Assembly (NCBI GenBank): GCA_002412085.1
Contig: GG745550.1
Location: 1-62,012 of the forward strand
From: Candidatus Parvarchaeum acidophilus ARMAN-5
GTDB lineage: Archaea; Nanobdellota; Nanobdellia; Parvarchaeales; Parvarchaeaceae
Direction: 5' to 3'
Length of the DNA stretch: 62,012 nucleotides
Shown here: piece after piece, positions 45,484-54,161 of the stretch
Position numbering within the stretch: the first letter of the stretch is position 1
Layout of the letters: each line of letters begins with the position of its first letter
Position numbers and translations under genes: made by a program
Notes under the pieces: model-generated
Database searches by the model: none
What the model was told of the DNA's origin: nothing
Seen by the model: only the letters and a program-made list of their open reading frames with translations

Positions 45484-46111
45484 ATTATATATAGGGTGTA
45501 ATACCTTTTAGATATTTCTTTATATAAAGAAATAATATTAATATACAATAATTATGACGTTTTCTTAAGTTACATACAAACTCAGTATAATCCGTAGATT
45601 GACAATGTAAATCTTGGATAAATAGATAATGCACTGATATTACGGCCCATAGCATCACTGCAAGAAGAATTATTGGATCATATTATAGTTTTAATACTCT
45701 TACATCATTGTTTTTTTTGATATGGCTGTGTTTTAAATAGTATACAAACGGCTACTCCTAAAATATATATTTTATGGGAGAACATTACACTACTATATTC
45801 ATTTTCTCAATTAGGTACGGCAGTGCTTAGGAACTTTACTGTATTTGTATTGTCGTTCTATAATTATACAAGTAATCCGTAAGTTCTAAAAATTGTATGT
45901 ATAGTTAATTGCTTCTTCGTAAGCAACGAACAATTTTATCCAATTGTAAACAAAATAAGTAAATATCCATTTTTGATTAGTCTATTACCAAATCAAGCGA
46001 TACCCAACTAAAAAACATTATTGCTTTTTTCAATGTGTACTTAGCAATCTTTTGTTACAATAGCAATTGACTGTACACTTTTCATAAAATAGTACTACCT
46101 CAAAACAAATA

Positions 46112-46200
46112 TGCCCCGACCGGGATTTGAACCCGGGTTTCTGCCTGTCCTCTCAAAATGATCGAAAGGGCAATGTCCTTGGCCGCTAGACTATCGGGGC
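46112..46200 (-). tRNA. tRNA-Glu(UUC) with 16-nt intron at canonical position 37/38
   Basis: GCCCCGA-TA-GTCT..GGAC-A-TTGCC-CTTTCG[ATCATTTTGAGAGGAC]A-GGCAG-AAAC-CCGGG-TTCAAAT-CCCGG-TCGGGGC-A. That is 73 nt plus a 16-nt insert. Confidence 0.85.
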
Positions 46201-46254
46201 ATATCTTAGAATACCTATTCAAAGATTTAAAGATTAAGACATTTAAATATATAT

Positions 46255-47436
46255 ATGCCCAACGTAACTTTTTATTTTGAGGTGCATCAGCCTTACAGAT
46301 TGAAAAGAGTTTATTCTTTCATAGAAGATAAGGAGTTTATAGATTATAACCGTAATAAAGAGATATTTAACAAGATTACAGACAAGTGTTATATTCCAAT
46401 GACAAAACTTCTTATAAGTCTGGCTAAAGAGTATCCGGAATTTAAGGTAAACTTTTCGCTTACAGGTACTTTCATGGAACAGGCTGAGATGTTTAGGCCG
46501 GAAGTAATTCAACTTTTTCAAGAGCTTTTCGATACGGGTAATATGGAGTTGCTTGATGAAACTTATTACCATTCACTTTCATTTCTTATAGACAAAGAAG
46601 AATTTATAGCTCAGGTAAAGCAACATAAATCTCTGATGTATCGTTATTTTAAGTTTCATCCTAAAGTATTTAGAAATACCGAAGCACTATATTCAAATGA
46701 TATAGCTAATTCTGTTGCAAAACTTGGATACACAGGAATACTAGCAGAAGGCTGGGATAGAGTATTGGGATGGCGTTCTCCAAATTATGTTTATACTAAT
46801 CCAGAGAATAATATAAAAGTTCTACTTAGAAACTATAAACTTAGCGATGATGTCGCTTTTAGGTTCTCAACAAAAACATGGAGTGAATTTCCTTTGACTG
46901 CAGAAAAATATGCCAATTGGATAGCCAATAATGAGGGAGACACTGTAAATCTATTCATGGATTACGAAACTTTTGGAGAACATCAGTGGAATGATACAGG
47001 CATATTTGAGTTTATGAAGGATTTACCAGGTAAACTTATCTCCAAAGGAGTAGGCTTTAATAAAGTTTCAGAAGCAATAAAATCAAAACCAGTTGGAGCT
47101 GTCGATGTGCCTTATTATCTTTCTTGGGCAGATATGGATAGAGATTTATCGGCATGGCTCGGTAATCAGATGCAGGATGCAGCTTTTAACAAACTCAAAG
47201 AAATGGAGCAAGAGATATTGTCCTCTGGTAATAAGGAACTCATAAATAGGTGGAGGATTCTTCAGACTTCAGATAATTTCTACTATATGTGTACAAAGTG
47301 GTTTGCAGATGGAGATATACACAAATATTTTAATGCGTACACTTCACCTTATATCGCTTATCTTAATTATATGAATGTAATATCCCATTTGGATTCTACA
47401 GTGAAGTCCTTTTTAAAGCTTCATCATACGCCTTAA
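46255..47436 (+). CDS. GH57-family alpha-glucan enzyme (alpha-amylase / glucanotransferase-like)
   Basis: N-terminal FYFEVHQPYRL, then FMDYETFGEHQW, typical of GH57. Confidence 0.75.
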   Translation: MPNVTFYFEVHQPYRLKRVYSFIEDKEFIDYNRNKEIFNKITDKCYIPMTKLLISLAKEYPEFKVNFSLTGTFMEQAEMFRPEVIQLFQELFDTGNMELLDETYYHSLSFLIDKEEFIAQVKQHKSLMYRYFKFHPKVFRNTEALYSNDIANSVAKLGYTGILAEGWDRVLGWRSPNYVYTNPENNIKVLLRNYKLSDDVAFRFSTKTWSEFPLTAEKYANWIANNEGDTVNLFMDYETFGEHQWNDTGIFEFMKDLPGKLISKGVGFNKVSEAIKSKPVGAVDVPYYLSWADMDRDLSAWLGNQMQDAAFNKLKEMEQEILSSGNKELINRWRILQTSDNFYYMCTKWFADGDIHKYFNAYTSPYIAYLNYMNVISHLDSTVKSFLKLHHTP

Positions 47437-49171
47437 TATAAAATGGGAGAAATTTATCCCAACCAAACTGATTAGCTAACTGGTTTGCGGATATTTTGAG
47501 TTTTAATAGCTCGTCTTCGCCCATAAGAGCTATTTTCATCATGTCCTTAGCAGTCTGAGCTATATACTCATCCCTCTTCTTTCCAAGCATTTTCTCCACA
47601 AATACCCCTTTGTAATTGTTTTTATAATCATTTAATAAATACTGACCGAATCCACTTAAATCAGAAGTAAATGATATCGACATGTATGCTGCGGCTTCAA
47701 GTGGAGTATAACCAAAAGGTTCATATTTGGAAATAAAAAATCCTGCTGTAGACAGTGCCAGCATCTCATAATAAGTAAGGTTAAGAAGTTCATCTCCGAC
47801 TACAAGATACTTTGGATAAAATATTACCTTAACATGGTTTTTCTCCGTGTTTTCAAGGCCATTTTCGTGAAGTTTATTAAGTATAGCATCATTGTTTTCG
47901 GGGTAGGATAGCATAAAAGGAGTAAGTGGAGGATTAGTTATTTTATTCTTTCTAAGCTGTTGAATTAGTTTTCTAGAGTCATTTATCATTTTGCTGTAAG
48001 CCATATTTGCTGTAGTCTCTTCTAGATCTGGTGACTCTGAGACCAGTTTGTCAAAGTTTTTAAGATCTTCATCAAGTGCAGATTTTATACCTATATACGT
48101 AAGGTAGTTAGCCGCTACATCATTTCTTACTCCAACTGTACCTGTAGGTACGGCTATAAGCGCTATTATTGAGTCGCCGTCTGTAAGCATTTTATCTAGT
48201 TTGCCAAGCGCATCTATAAAAATATCATACCCTTTGTCATAAAACTCGTATCTGCCGCTTGTAACGAATATCCTTAGTTTGTTGGTATTAATATCATAAA
48301 AAGGAAGAAAATACGCATTAAGAAAATTAGTTATCTTTTTTCTTGCGTTTTCCCTAAGCGTCTCTATAGAATTTGTATCAGGTAGGTTATCTGTGTCTAT
48401 ACCATTAATGGTTACTAAGTCAGGTTCCTTTCCGAGTATTACTCTGGCTTCTTTTGCCACCACACTGCTGACGGCAGTGAATATAGTTGCATTGCCTGCA
48501 CCAGCCTTCTCAGTAAAGTGTTTTGCGGCTACTCCATATTTATATGGCATATCTTGTGTTATATCTTTATTTTGCATTACATACTCATTGGTATTCCCTC
48601 CCGAGTAAGATATGGCTCTGCCTAAAACTGTTGCGTGTATAGTAAAGACAGTGGGTACATTCACTTTTTTATATTTCAGATATAGTAATGAACCTGCAGA
48701 TAACCATTCATGAACCTGCACAACTAATTTTTTATTTATAGTTTTACTTAATTCTTCTATTATCGCACCTACAGAATATGACCAGGCAAGTGGCTCATTA
48801 TAATCACCAGGAGAATTAAGGGAGTCTATATTAAAAGCATTCCAGAAATTCGTCTTTATCTCATTTATGTGTTTATTTTCAAATTCTTTGGAATCTATTA
48901 AAAGAATATTGACATCGTTAGCCGAGGACCATTTTCCAAAATAAATCTTAACTCCCTCTAGTTTTAGGTTGGCTATGGCGTCTTTTATGAATTGAGGGGG
49001 AGCCGTCTCTGTAAACTCCATTGCAGCTTGACTTTGATTGTAAAAACCAATTGCTAGATAATTATCTCCAAATTCTTTTTTCATGTATGAAGATTTAGAT
49101 GTTAGAACTGTCCATATTCCTCCTACTTTATTTCCTGCTTCAAATGAAACCTCTATAAGAAATTTTTCCAT
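47396..49171 (-). CDS. glycogen synthase, eukaryote-type (GT3 family)
   Basis: Blocks collinear with yeast/animal glycogen synthase: EVSFEAGNKVGGIWTVLTSKS, VHEWLSAG...VFTIHATVLGR, FTAVSSVVAKEA, FVTSGRYEFYDKGYDIFIDAL, VIFYPKYL and YEPFGYTPLEAAAY. Start taken at MEKFLIEV (49171). Confidence 0.85.
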   Translation of the reverse strand: MEKFLIEVSFEAGNKVGGIWTVLTSKSSYMKKEFGDNYLAIGFYNQSQAAMEFTETAPPQFIKDAIANLKLEGVKIYFGKWSSANDVNILLIDSKEFENKHINEIKTNFWNAFNIDSLNSPGDYNEPLAWSYSVGAIIEELSKTINKKLVVQVHEWLSAGSLLYLKYKKVNVPTVFTIHATVLGRAISYSGGNTNEYVMQNKDITQDMPYKYGVAAKHFTEKAGAGNATIFTAVSSVVAKEARVILGKEPDLVTINGIDTDNLPDTNSIETLRENARKKITNFLNAYFLPFYDINTNKLRIFVTSGRYEFYDKGYDIFIDALGKLDKMLTDGDSIIALIAVPTGTVGVRNDVAANYLTYIGIKSALDEDLKNFDKLVSESPDLEETTANMAYSKMINDSRKLIQQLRKNKITNPPLTPFMLSYPENNDAILNKLHENGLENTEKNHVKVIFYPKYLVVGDELLNLTYYEMLALSTAGFFISKYEPFGYTPLEAAAYMSISFTSDLSGFGQYLLNDYKNNYKGVFVEKMLGKKRDEYIAQTAKDMMKIALMGEDELLKLKISANQLANQFGWDKFLPFYIKAYDEALKRTSL

Positions 49172-49238
49172 AGTATTAATTTGCCATAGTAAAATAAATA
49201 CTTGAAAAGTTTTACTTATAGCACAGTATAAAATAAAT

Positions 49239-50162
49239 ATGGTAGAGAAAGTGATAATAATAGGTTCTGGGCCAGCAGGATATACTGCAGCGATATACAC
49301 TTCCAGGGATGATCTAAATCCACTGCTTATACGTGGTTTTGAAGTTGGAGGACAGTTAATGCTTACCTCAGAAATTGAGAATTTTCCAGGATTTAAGTCA
49401 ATACTTGGTCCGGATCTTATGGATCAGTTTGCAGAGCAGGTTAAAAATCTCAAGTGTAGAGTTATAGATGAAAACGTTTCCAAAGTAGATTTTTCTTCAT
49501 ATCCATATAAAGTTTATGTTGGAAAAGACATGTATGAAACGTATTCTGTAATTATAGCTACCGGTGCATCCGTAAAGTGGCTCGGATTAGACAATGAAAA
49601 AAGACTACTTGGAAAAGGCGTTTCCGGATGTGCTGTATGTGATGGAGCTTTCTTCAAGCAAAAGAATGTAATAGTAGTAGGTGGGGGAGATAGTGCTATG
49701 GAGGATGCAAATTATCTTTCCACATTGACCGATTCGGTTACTCTTATACACAGGAGGCATGAATTCAGAGCAAGCAAGATAATGCAAGACAGAGTTCTTT
49801 CCAATAATAAAATAAAAGTAATTTGGGACAGTGAAGTAGTTGAGGTACTTGGCAAGGATCATGTAGAAGGTGTAAAAATAAAGAATGTAAAGACTGGAGA
49901 AGAGAAAGAAATTACAGCTTATGGTCTTTTCATAGCTATAGGACATACTCCTAATACCGATGTTTTCAAAGGTCAGATAGATATAGATGAAAACGGCTAT
50001 ATTATTACGCATAATTTTACTAATACGACTAAAGAGGGTGTATTTGCAGCTGGTGACGTACAGGATAAAATTTATAAACAAGCAGTAATAGCCGCAGGGT
50101 GGGGAAGTATGTGCGCTATGGACGCAAGGAAATTTTTAGAAGAAAAAAACCTAAGTAAATAG
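49239..50162 (+). CDS. trxB: thioredoxin reductase
   Basis: IIIGSGPAGYTAAIY, redox-active CAVCDG, VVGGGDSAMEDA, GVFAAGDV. Confidence 0.9.
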   Translation: MVEKVIIIGSGPAGYTAAIYTSRDDLNPLLIRGFEVGGQLMLTSEIENFPGFKSILGPDLMDQFAEQVKNLKCRVIDENVSKVDFSSYPYKVYVGKDMYETYSVIIATGASVKWLGLDNEKRLLGKGVSGCAVCDGAFFKQKNVIVVGGGDSAMEDANYLSTLTDSVTLIHRRHEFRASKIMQDRVLSNNKIKVIWDSEVVEVLGKDHVEGVKIKNVKTGEEKEITAYGLFIAIGHTPNTDVFKGQIDIDENGYIITHNFTNTTKEGVFAAGDVQDKIYKQAVIAAGWGSMCAMDARKFLEEKNLSK

Positions 50163-51137
50163 GAGATTATCTTTGAATTTTTTTGTGTAATCTTCTGGAG
50201 TTATTGTATTTACAAAAACGTTTTGTCCAAGTTCTATTCCTGCAAAATCTGCGAGTCTTGGGTATATCTCAAAGTGTAAGTGATAATCCGGCTCATTTTT
50301 ATTTTCATGTATTACAAAATTGTATGAAGGTTTACCAAAAATTTTAGAATTAGTTCTTATTATACTTTTTAGTGCCTCTAAAATATCCTCTTTTTCTTGT
50401 TCATCTAAGTCTAAGAGATAGTTTACGTGTCTCTTTGGCAGTAGCATAGATTCTCCTGCTATTCTCGACCCATATGGTGCTATGGCAGCGATTTTTTCAG
50501 TTTCGAACAGCATGCGTTCATTTTCCTTTTTTATAGAATCTTCATAAAGGCAAGAATAATTCTGATTTTTATACTCTATAGCTTTCTCTATTTCTATTTT
50601 AGGAGTTCCAAGTATTTCAGGCCATGCTATTATTTGCGTGTGCGAATGACCTATACTTGCCCCACCTTTAGCTCCAGAATTCTTAAATACCATCACGTGC
50701 TTTATGTAATTTCTTGAATACAGATCCTCTTCACGTTCTATTACTGCAGAAAGCCATTCTATAGATTTTTTTGTATCCATATCTTCAAATTTATCAAAAT
50801 GGTTCGGTGTTTCTATAATTACTTCGTTATAGCCATAACCTGATATGGAAGAAAAGAATCCTTTTTTATAATCTAAAGGTGTAGAACCGTTCAATTCGGG
50901 AAATTTATTCTTTATTACCATCGTTGTCCAAGGTTCATTTACATGCATTATCTCCAAATTTTTTCTATCGACAGTATCTCTTTCAAATGGGCAGTTTTTC
51001 AGGTTTTTAGATCCTTCATCCTCAATTTCAAGTTCTTCCGGCCTGTGTTCTCTGCCAGGCACTATAATAGAATAATAACCTGTCCTGTAATCCATTCTTA
51101 TATCACTTTCTTGTTCGTTCATTTTATTAGGATGCAA
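50151..51137 (-). CDS. galT: galactose-1-phosphate uridylyltransferase family (GalT/HIT) protein, intact paralog
   Basis: GASIGHSHTQI active site, CPFE and SCLYED Cys/His positions, full C-terminus. Confidence 0.85.
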   Translation of the reverse strand: MHPNKMNEQESDIRMDYRTGYYSIIVPGREHRPEELEIEDEGSKNLKNCPFERDTVDRKNLEIMHVNEPWTTMVIKNKFPELNGSTPLDYKKGFFSSISGYGYNEVIIETPNHFDKFEDMDTKKSIEWLSAVIEREEDLYSRNYIKHVMVFKNSGAKGGASIGHSHTQIIAWPEILGTPKIEIEKAIEYKNQNYSCLYEDSIKKENERMLFETEKIAAIAPYGSRIAGESMLLPKRHVNYLLDLDEQEKEDILEALKSIIRTNSKIFGKPSYNFVIHENKNEPDYHLHFEIYPRLADFAGIELGQNVFVNTITPEDYTKKFKDNLLFT

Positions 51138-51335
51138 ATCAGATATTTAAAAATTTTTTTGTTTCCGGAACTTATAAAATTTCCAGTATATTCTCTTTAA
51201 AGCAATTTTTTGTTTACATTTAATAATTTGTGTAGTAAAGCCATGGAAAACTTTAAATATGACCTTATACCTATTACAAATATCAGTGCTAGATAGCGCA
51301 CTGTACATAATAAAAATTTTATAGGAGGTATTAAT

Positions 51336-52974
51336 ATGGCAGAAGGAATTCAACCAATTTTTATTTTACCAGAAGGGTACAATAAGACCAGTGGAAAAGA
51401 TGCTCAGAGAAATAATATAGCTGCGGCAAAAGCTGTTGCAAACGCTGTAAAGTCTACTTTAGGGCCGAGAGGCATGGACAAGATGCGTGTTGATAATATA
51501 GGGGATATTACGATAACTAATGATGGGGTAACAGTTTTAAAGAATATCGAAATAGAGAACCCCGTTGCTAAAATGGTAGTAGAGGTAGCCAAGACTCAAG
51601 AAGAAGAGGTAGGAGATGGTACTACAACTGCAGTAATAATAGCTGGAGAATTATTAAAGAACGCTGAGGCACTTCTAGACCAGAGTATTCATCCTACTCT
51701 TGTAGCAAGAGGTTATAAGCTGGCCGCAAATAAAGCGCAAGATATACTTGATAAAATAAAGACAAAATTAGATTTATCTAATAAAGAAGACCTAGGAAGG
51801 ATAGTAAAAACGGCTATAATAGGAAAGAGTACTGGTGCGGATTCACATATAATCTCTCTTATAGTAGATGCTGTTCAACATGTAAAATCCATGTCAAATA
51901 AAGAAAGCAGTATAGATTTAGAAGATATAAAGGTGGAAAAGAAAGTAGGAGGAGGTTTACTCGATTCAAGATTAGTAAAAGGTGTAATAATAGATAAAGA
52001 GAAGGTCCATCCTAATATGCCGGATGAGATAAAAGATGCAAAAGTAGCTCTTTTGAATCTTGCTCTTGAAATAGAGAAAACAAATATAGACGCACAGATA
52101 AGAATAGAAAAACCAGAACAACTGCAGGCATTCTTAAACGAAGAGGAAAGCATGCTAAAGGAAATGGTAGAAAAAATAAAGGCATCTGGTGCAAATGTTG
52201 TTATAGTCCAAAAAGGAATAGATGACGCAGCGCAGCACTTCCTTTCCAAAGCAGGCATACTCGCTTTTAGAAGAGTATCCGAAAGTGACATGAAAAAGAT
52301 AGGAAAAGCTACTGGTGCGAAAGTAGTTGCTACACTAGATGAACTAGATAAAGAAAGTCTTGGTGAGGCAGGACTGGTGCACGTTGAAAAACTCGCTGGC
52401 GAAACATTAGCACTTATAGAAGAATGTAAAATCCTAAGGCAGTTACTATACTTATAAGAGGCGGTACAGAACACGTTGTAGACGAAATACAGAGAGCTGT
52501 AGATGATAGCTTAGGAGATTTGAAGTCAGTAATAGAAGATGATGGTGCTATTGTAGCGGGAGGCGGAGCTACAGAACTGGAAGTTCAAAGGAACTTAAAG
52601 ATTTTGCTAAAGGATTAGAAGGAAGAGAGCAACTTGCAGTAAATGCATTTTCGGACGCTCTTGAGATAGTGCCTAAGACACTATCTGAAAATGCAGGTTT
52701 AGATCCTATAGACATATTAGTAGAACTAAGGGCAGAGCATCAAAAGGGTAAAACTTGGGCAGGTGTTAATCTGCTGGATGTGTATAAGCCTCAGGTTTCT
52801 GATATGTATAAGGAAGGGGTAATCGAGCCCCTAAGGATAAAAAAACAAGCTATTAAGAGTGCAAGCGAAGTGGCTGTTATGATCCTTAGAATAGACGATA
52901 TAATCGCCGCCGGAAAGTCTGCCAATCAGCAGCCACAAATGCCTCCTGGCGGTATGGGAGGTTACGGGGATTAG
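51336..52974 (+). CDS. ths: thermosome (group II chaperonin) subunit, interrupted by two apparent -1 frameshifts (about 52428-52432 and 52583-52586)
   Basis: [15 protein letters not shown] and VGDGTTT at the N-terminus. Frame 2 (52439-52618) encodes [26 protein letters not shown]...[11 protein letters not shown]. Frame 1 continues [43 protein letters not shown]... to 52974. Restored length ~547 aa. A GGAGG lies 7 nt upstream of the ATG. Confidence 0.9.
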
Positions 52975-52975
52975 T

Positions 52976-53212
52976 ATGTCAGAAAATGTTTTAAGTAGGC
53001 CGTTGGATTTATTGAACTCGGCTAGAGGAAAAATGGTTTAGGTTGAGCTTAAAAATAACCATTCAATAACAGGTAAGTTAATTGCCTTTGACGTTCATAT
53101 AAACGTCACATTAGAAAATGCAGAAGAGAAGAAAGATGTAGATACTCTTAGAAAACTAGGAAACGTTTTTATAAGAGGTGACACAATAATTCTCATTTCC
53201 CCGACAATATGA
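52976..53212 (+). CDS. Sm-like (LSm) RNA-binding protein with in-frame TAG at codon 22 (53039-53041)
   Basis: MSENVLSRPLDLLNSARGKMV*VELKNNHSITGKLIAFDVHINVTLENAEE...GNVFIRGDTIILIS is a full Sm1/Sm2 fold pattern. Its stop overlaps the rpl37e start (ATGA). Confidence 0.75.
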
Positions 53213-53394
53213 CGACAGCATCAATGGGTTTGCATAATAGAAAACAGCCGCATGTAATGTGTAGAAGGTGTGGTAAAGAGTCATACTTAAAGAGGAAACA
53301 CTACTGTTCGCACTGCGGCTATGGGAAAACTGCCAAGATAAAGGCTTATTCCTGGAATAATAAGACTGTAAACGGAAAAAGAAAGGATAATTGA
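53209..53394 (+). CDS. rpl37e: ribosomal protein L37e
   Basis: CRRCGKESY..KHYCSHCGYGKTAKIKAYSW zinc-ribbon pattern of L37e. Confidence 0.85.
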   Translation: MTTASMGLHNRKQPHVMCRRCGKESYLKRKHYCSHCGYGKTAKIKAYSWNNKTVNGKRKDN

Positions 53395-54111
53395 ATGCCA
53401 GAAAAAATAAGAGCAAGTGCAATTATATTTGATTTTGATAATACACTGGTGAATACACACCACGCTATAAACTATGCATATTCTGAGATTTCCAAAAGAC
53501 TTGCAGACAAGTTAAATCTAGATCAGGAATCTTTAAAAGAGAAGATGTTTGCTGCTCAGAAAGAAGCAATAGATAAGCAACCTCTATCTAATAGAGTATA
53601 TGATAGAAAGGTGGTGATAGAACAAGTAAATAGTAATCTCGGTTTGGGTTTAAATGAAAACGAAATCAACGAATTGGCAGAGAGCTTTTATGATGCCATA
53701 CTTAATAAGGTAACATATCCCGAATATACTGAAAATATCTTAGAAGAACTGAAGAAGAGAGGAAAAAAACTGGGTTTATTAACAGATACAGATGTAAGGC
53801 CAGGACTTAAGAAACAGCGGTTAGAAAAACTAAGTTTTATAAGACTTTTCGACGCGTTGATAATAGCCGGAGAGACGATACCTCAAAGGAAGACTGGTCC
53901 AATACCTTTTATAGAACTTTCCAGACTTCTAGGTGTAAAACCTGAAGATACCGTAGCAGTAGGTGACAGAATGGACGCAGATATAGACAACGCTAAAGAA
54001 GCAGGTATGAAAGCTATACTTATAGATGCGTTTCTTCCACCTAATAATGGAATAAATGAACCAGATGCGGTTATACATGACATAAAGGATTTACTCAATA
54101 TAATATATTAA
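53395..54111 (+). CDS. HAD-superfamily hydrolase
   Basis: IIFDFDNTLVN, LLTDT and VGDRMDADIDNAKEAGM. Confidence 0.8.
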   Translation: MPEKIRASAIIFDFDNTLVNTHHAINYAYSEISKRLADKLNLDQESLKEKMFAAQKEAIDKQPLSNRVYDRKVVIEQVNSNLGLGLNENEINELAESFYDAILNKVTYPEYTENILEELKKRGKKLGLLTDTDVRPGLKKQRLEKLSFIRLFDALIIAGETIPQRKTGPIPFIELSRLLGVKPEDTVAVGDRMDADIDNAKEAGMKAILIDAFLPPNNGINEPDAVIHDIKDLLNIIY

Positions 54112-54161
54112 GCATGTAAAATATAATAAATCTTAATAAACAGCAGTAGCTTTAATCTTAT

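Noticed and set aside
45905-45930. Anticodon-arm-like hairpin (TTGCTT-CTTCGT-AAGCAA) suggesting a tRNA in the long spacer.
   Set aside because: No flanking D arm, T arm (no GTTCRANYC) or acceptor pairing could be built around it.
46243-46572. 109-aa minus-strand ORF at the start of the GH57 gene.
   Set aside because: It overlaps the GH57 N-terminus (FYFEVHQPYRL), which is clearly real. Its product is basic and low-complexity with no motif.
49172-49300. N-terminal extensions of listed ORFs: glycogen synthase 49172-49300, SecD 35043-35108, LysRS 61330-61368.
   Set aside because: The extensions overlap neighbouring genes or divergent promoter regions, and homologous protein N-termini begin at the internal Met (MEKFLIEV, MAKSILYDW, MEFEFDKE).
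52420-52600. Programmed ribosomal frameshifting in the thermosome gene.
   Set aside because: Two independent shifts within 160 nt would be required, no recognisable slippery heptamer or downstream structure is present, and identical deletion-type breaks occur in unrelated genes. The vector tail also shows the same error type. Sequencing error is more parsimonious.
53039-53041. TAG reassignment (e.g. pyrrolysine or another sense recoding) as an explanation for the in-frame amber in the Sm gene.
   Set aside because: TAG terminates other well-defined genes in the window at the expected protein ends (thermosome 52972-52974, phosphoesterase 1855-1857, HprK-like B). No other conserved gene here has an internal TAG.
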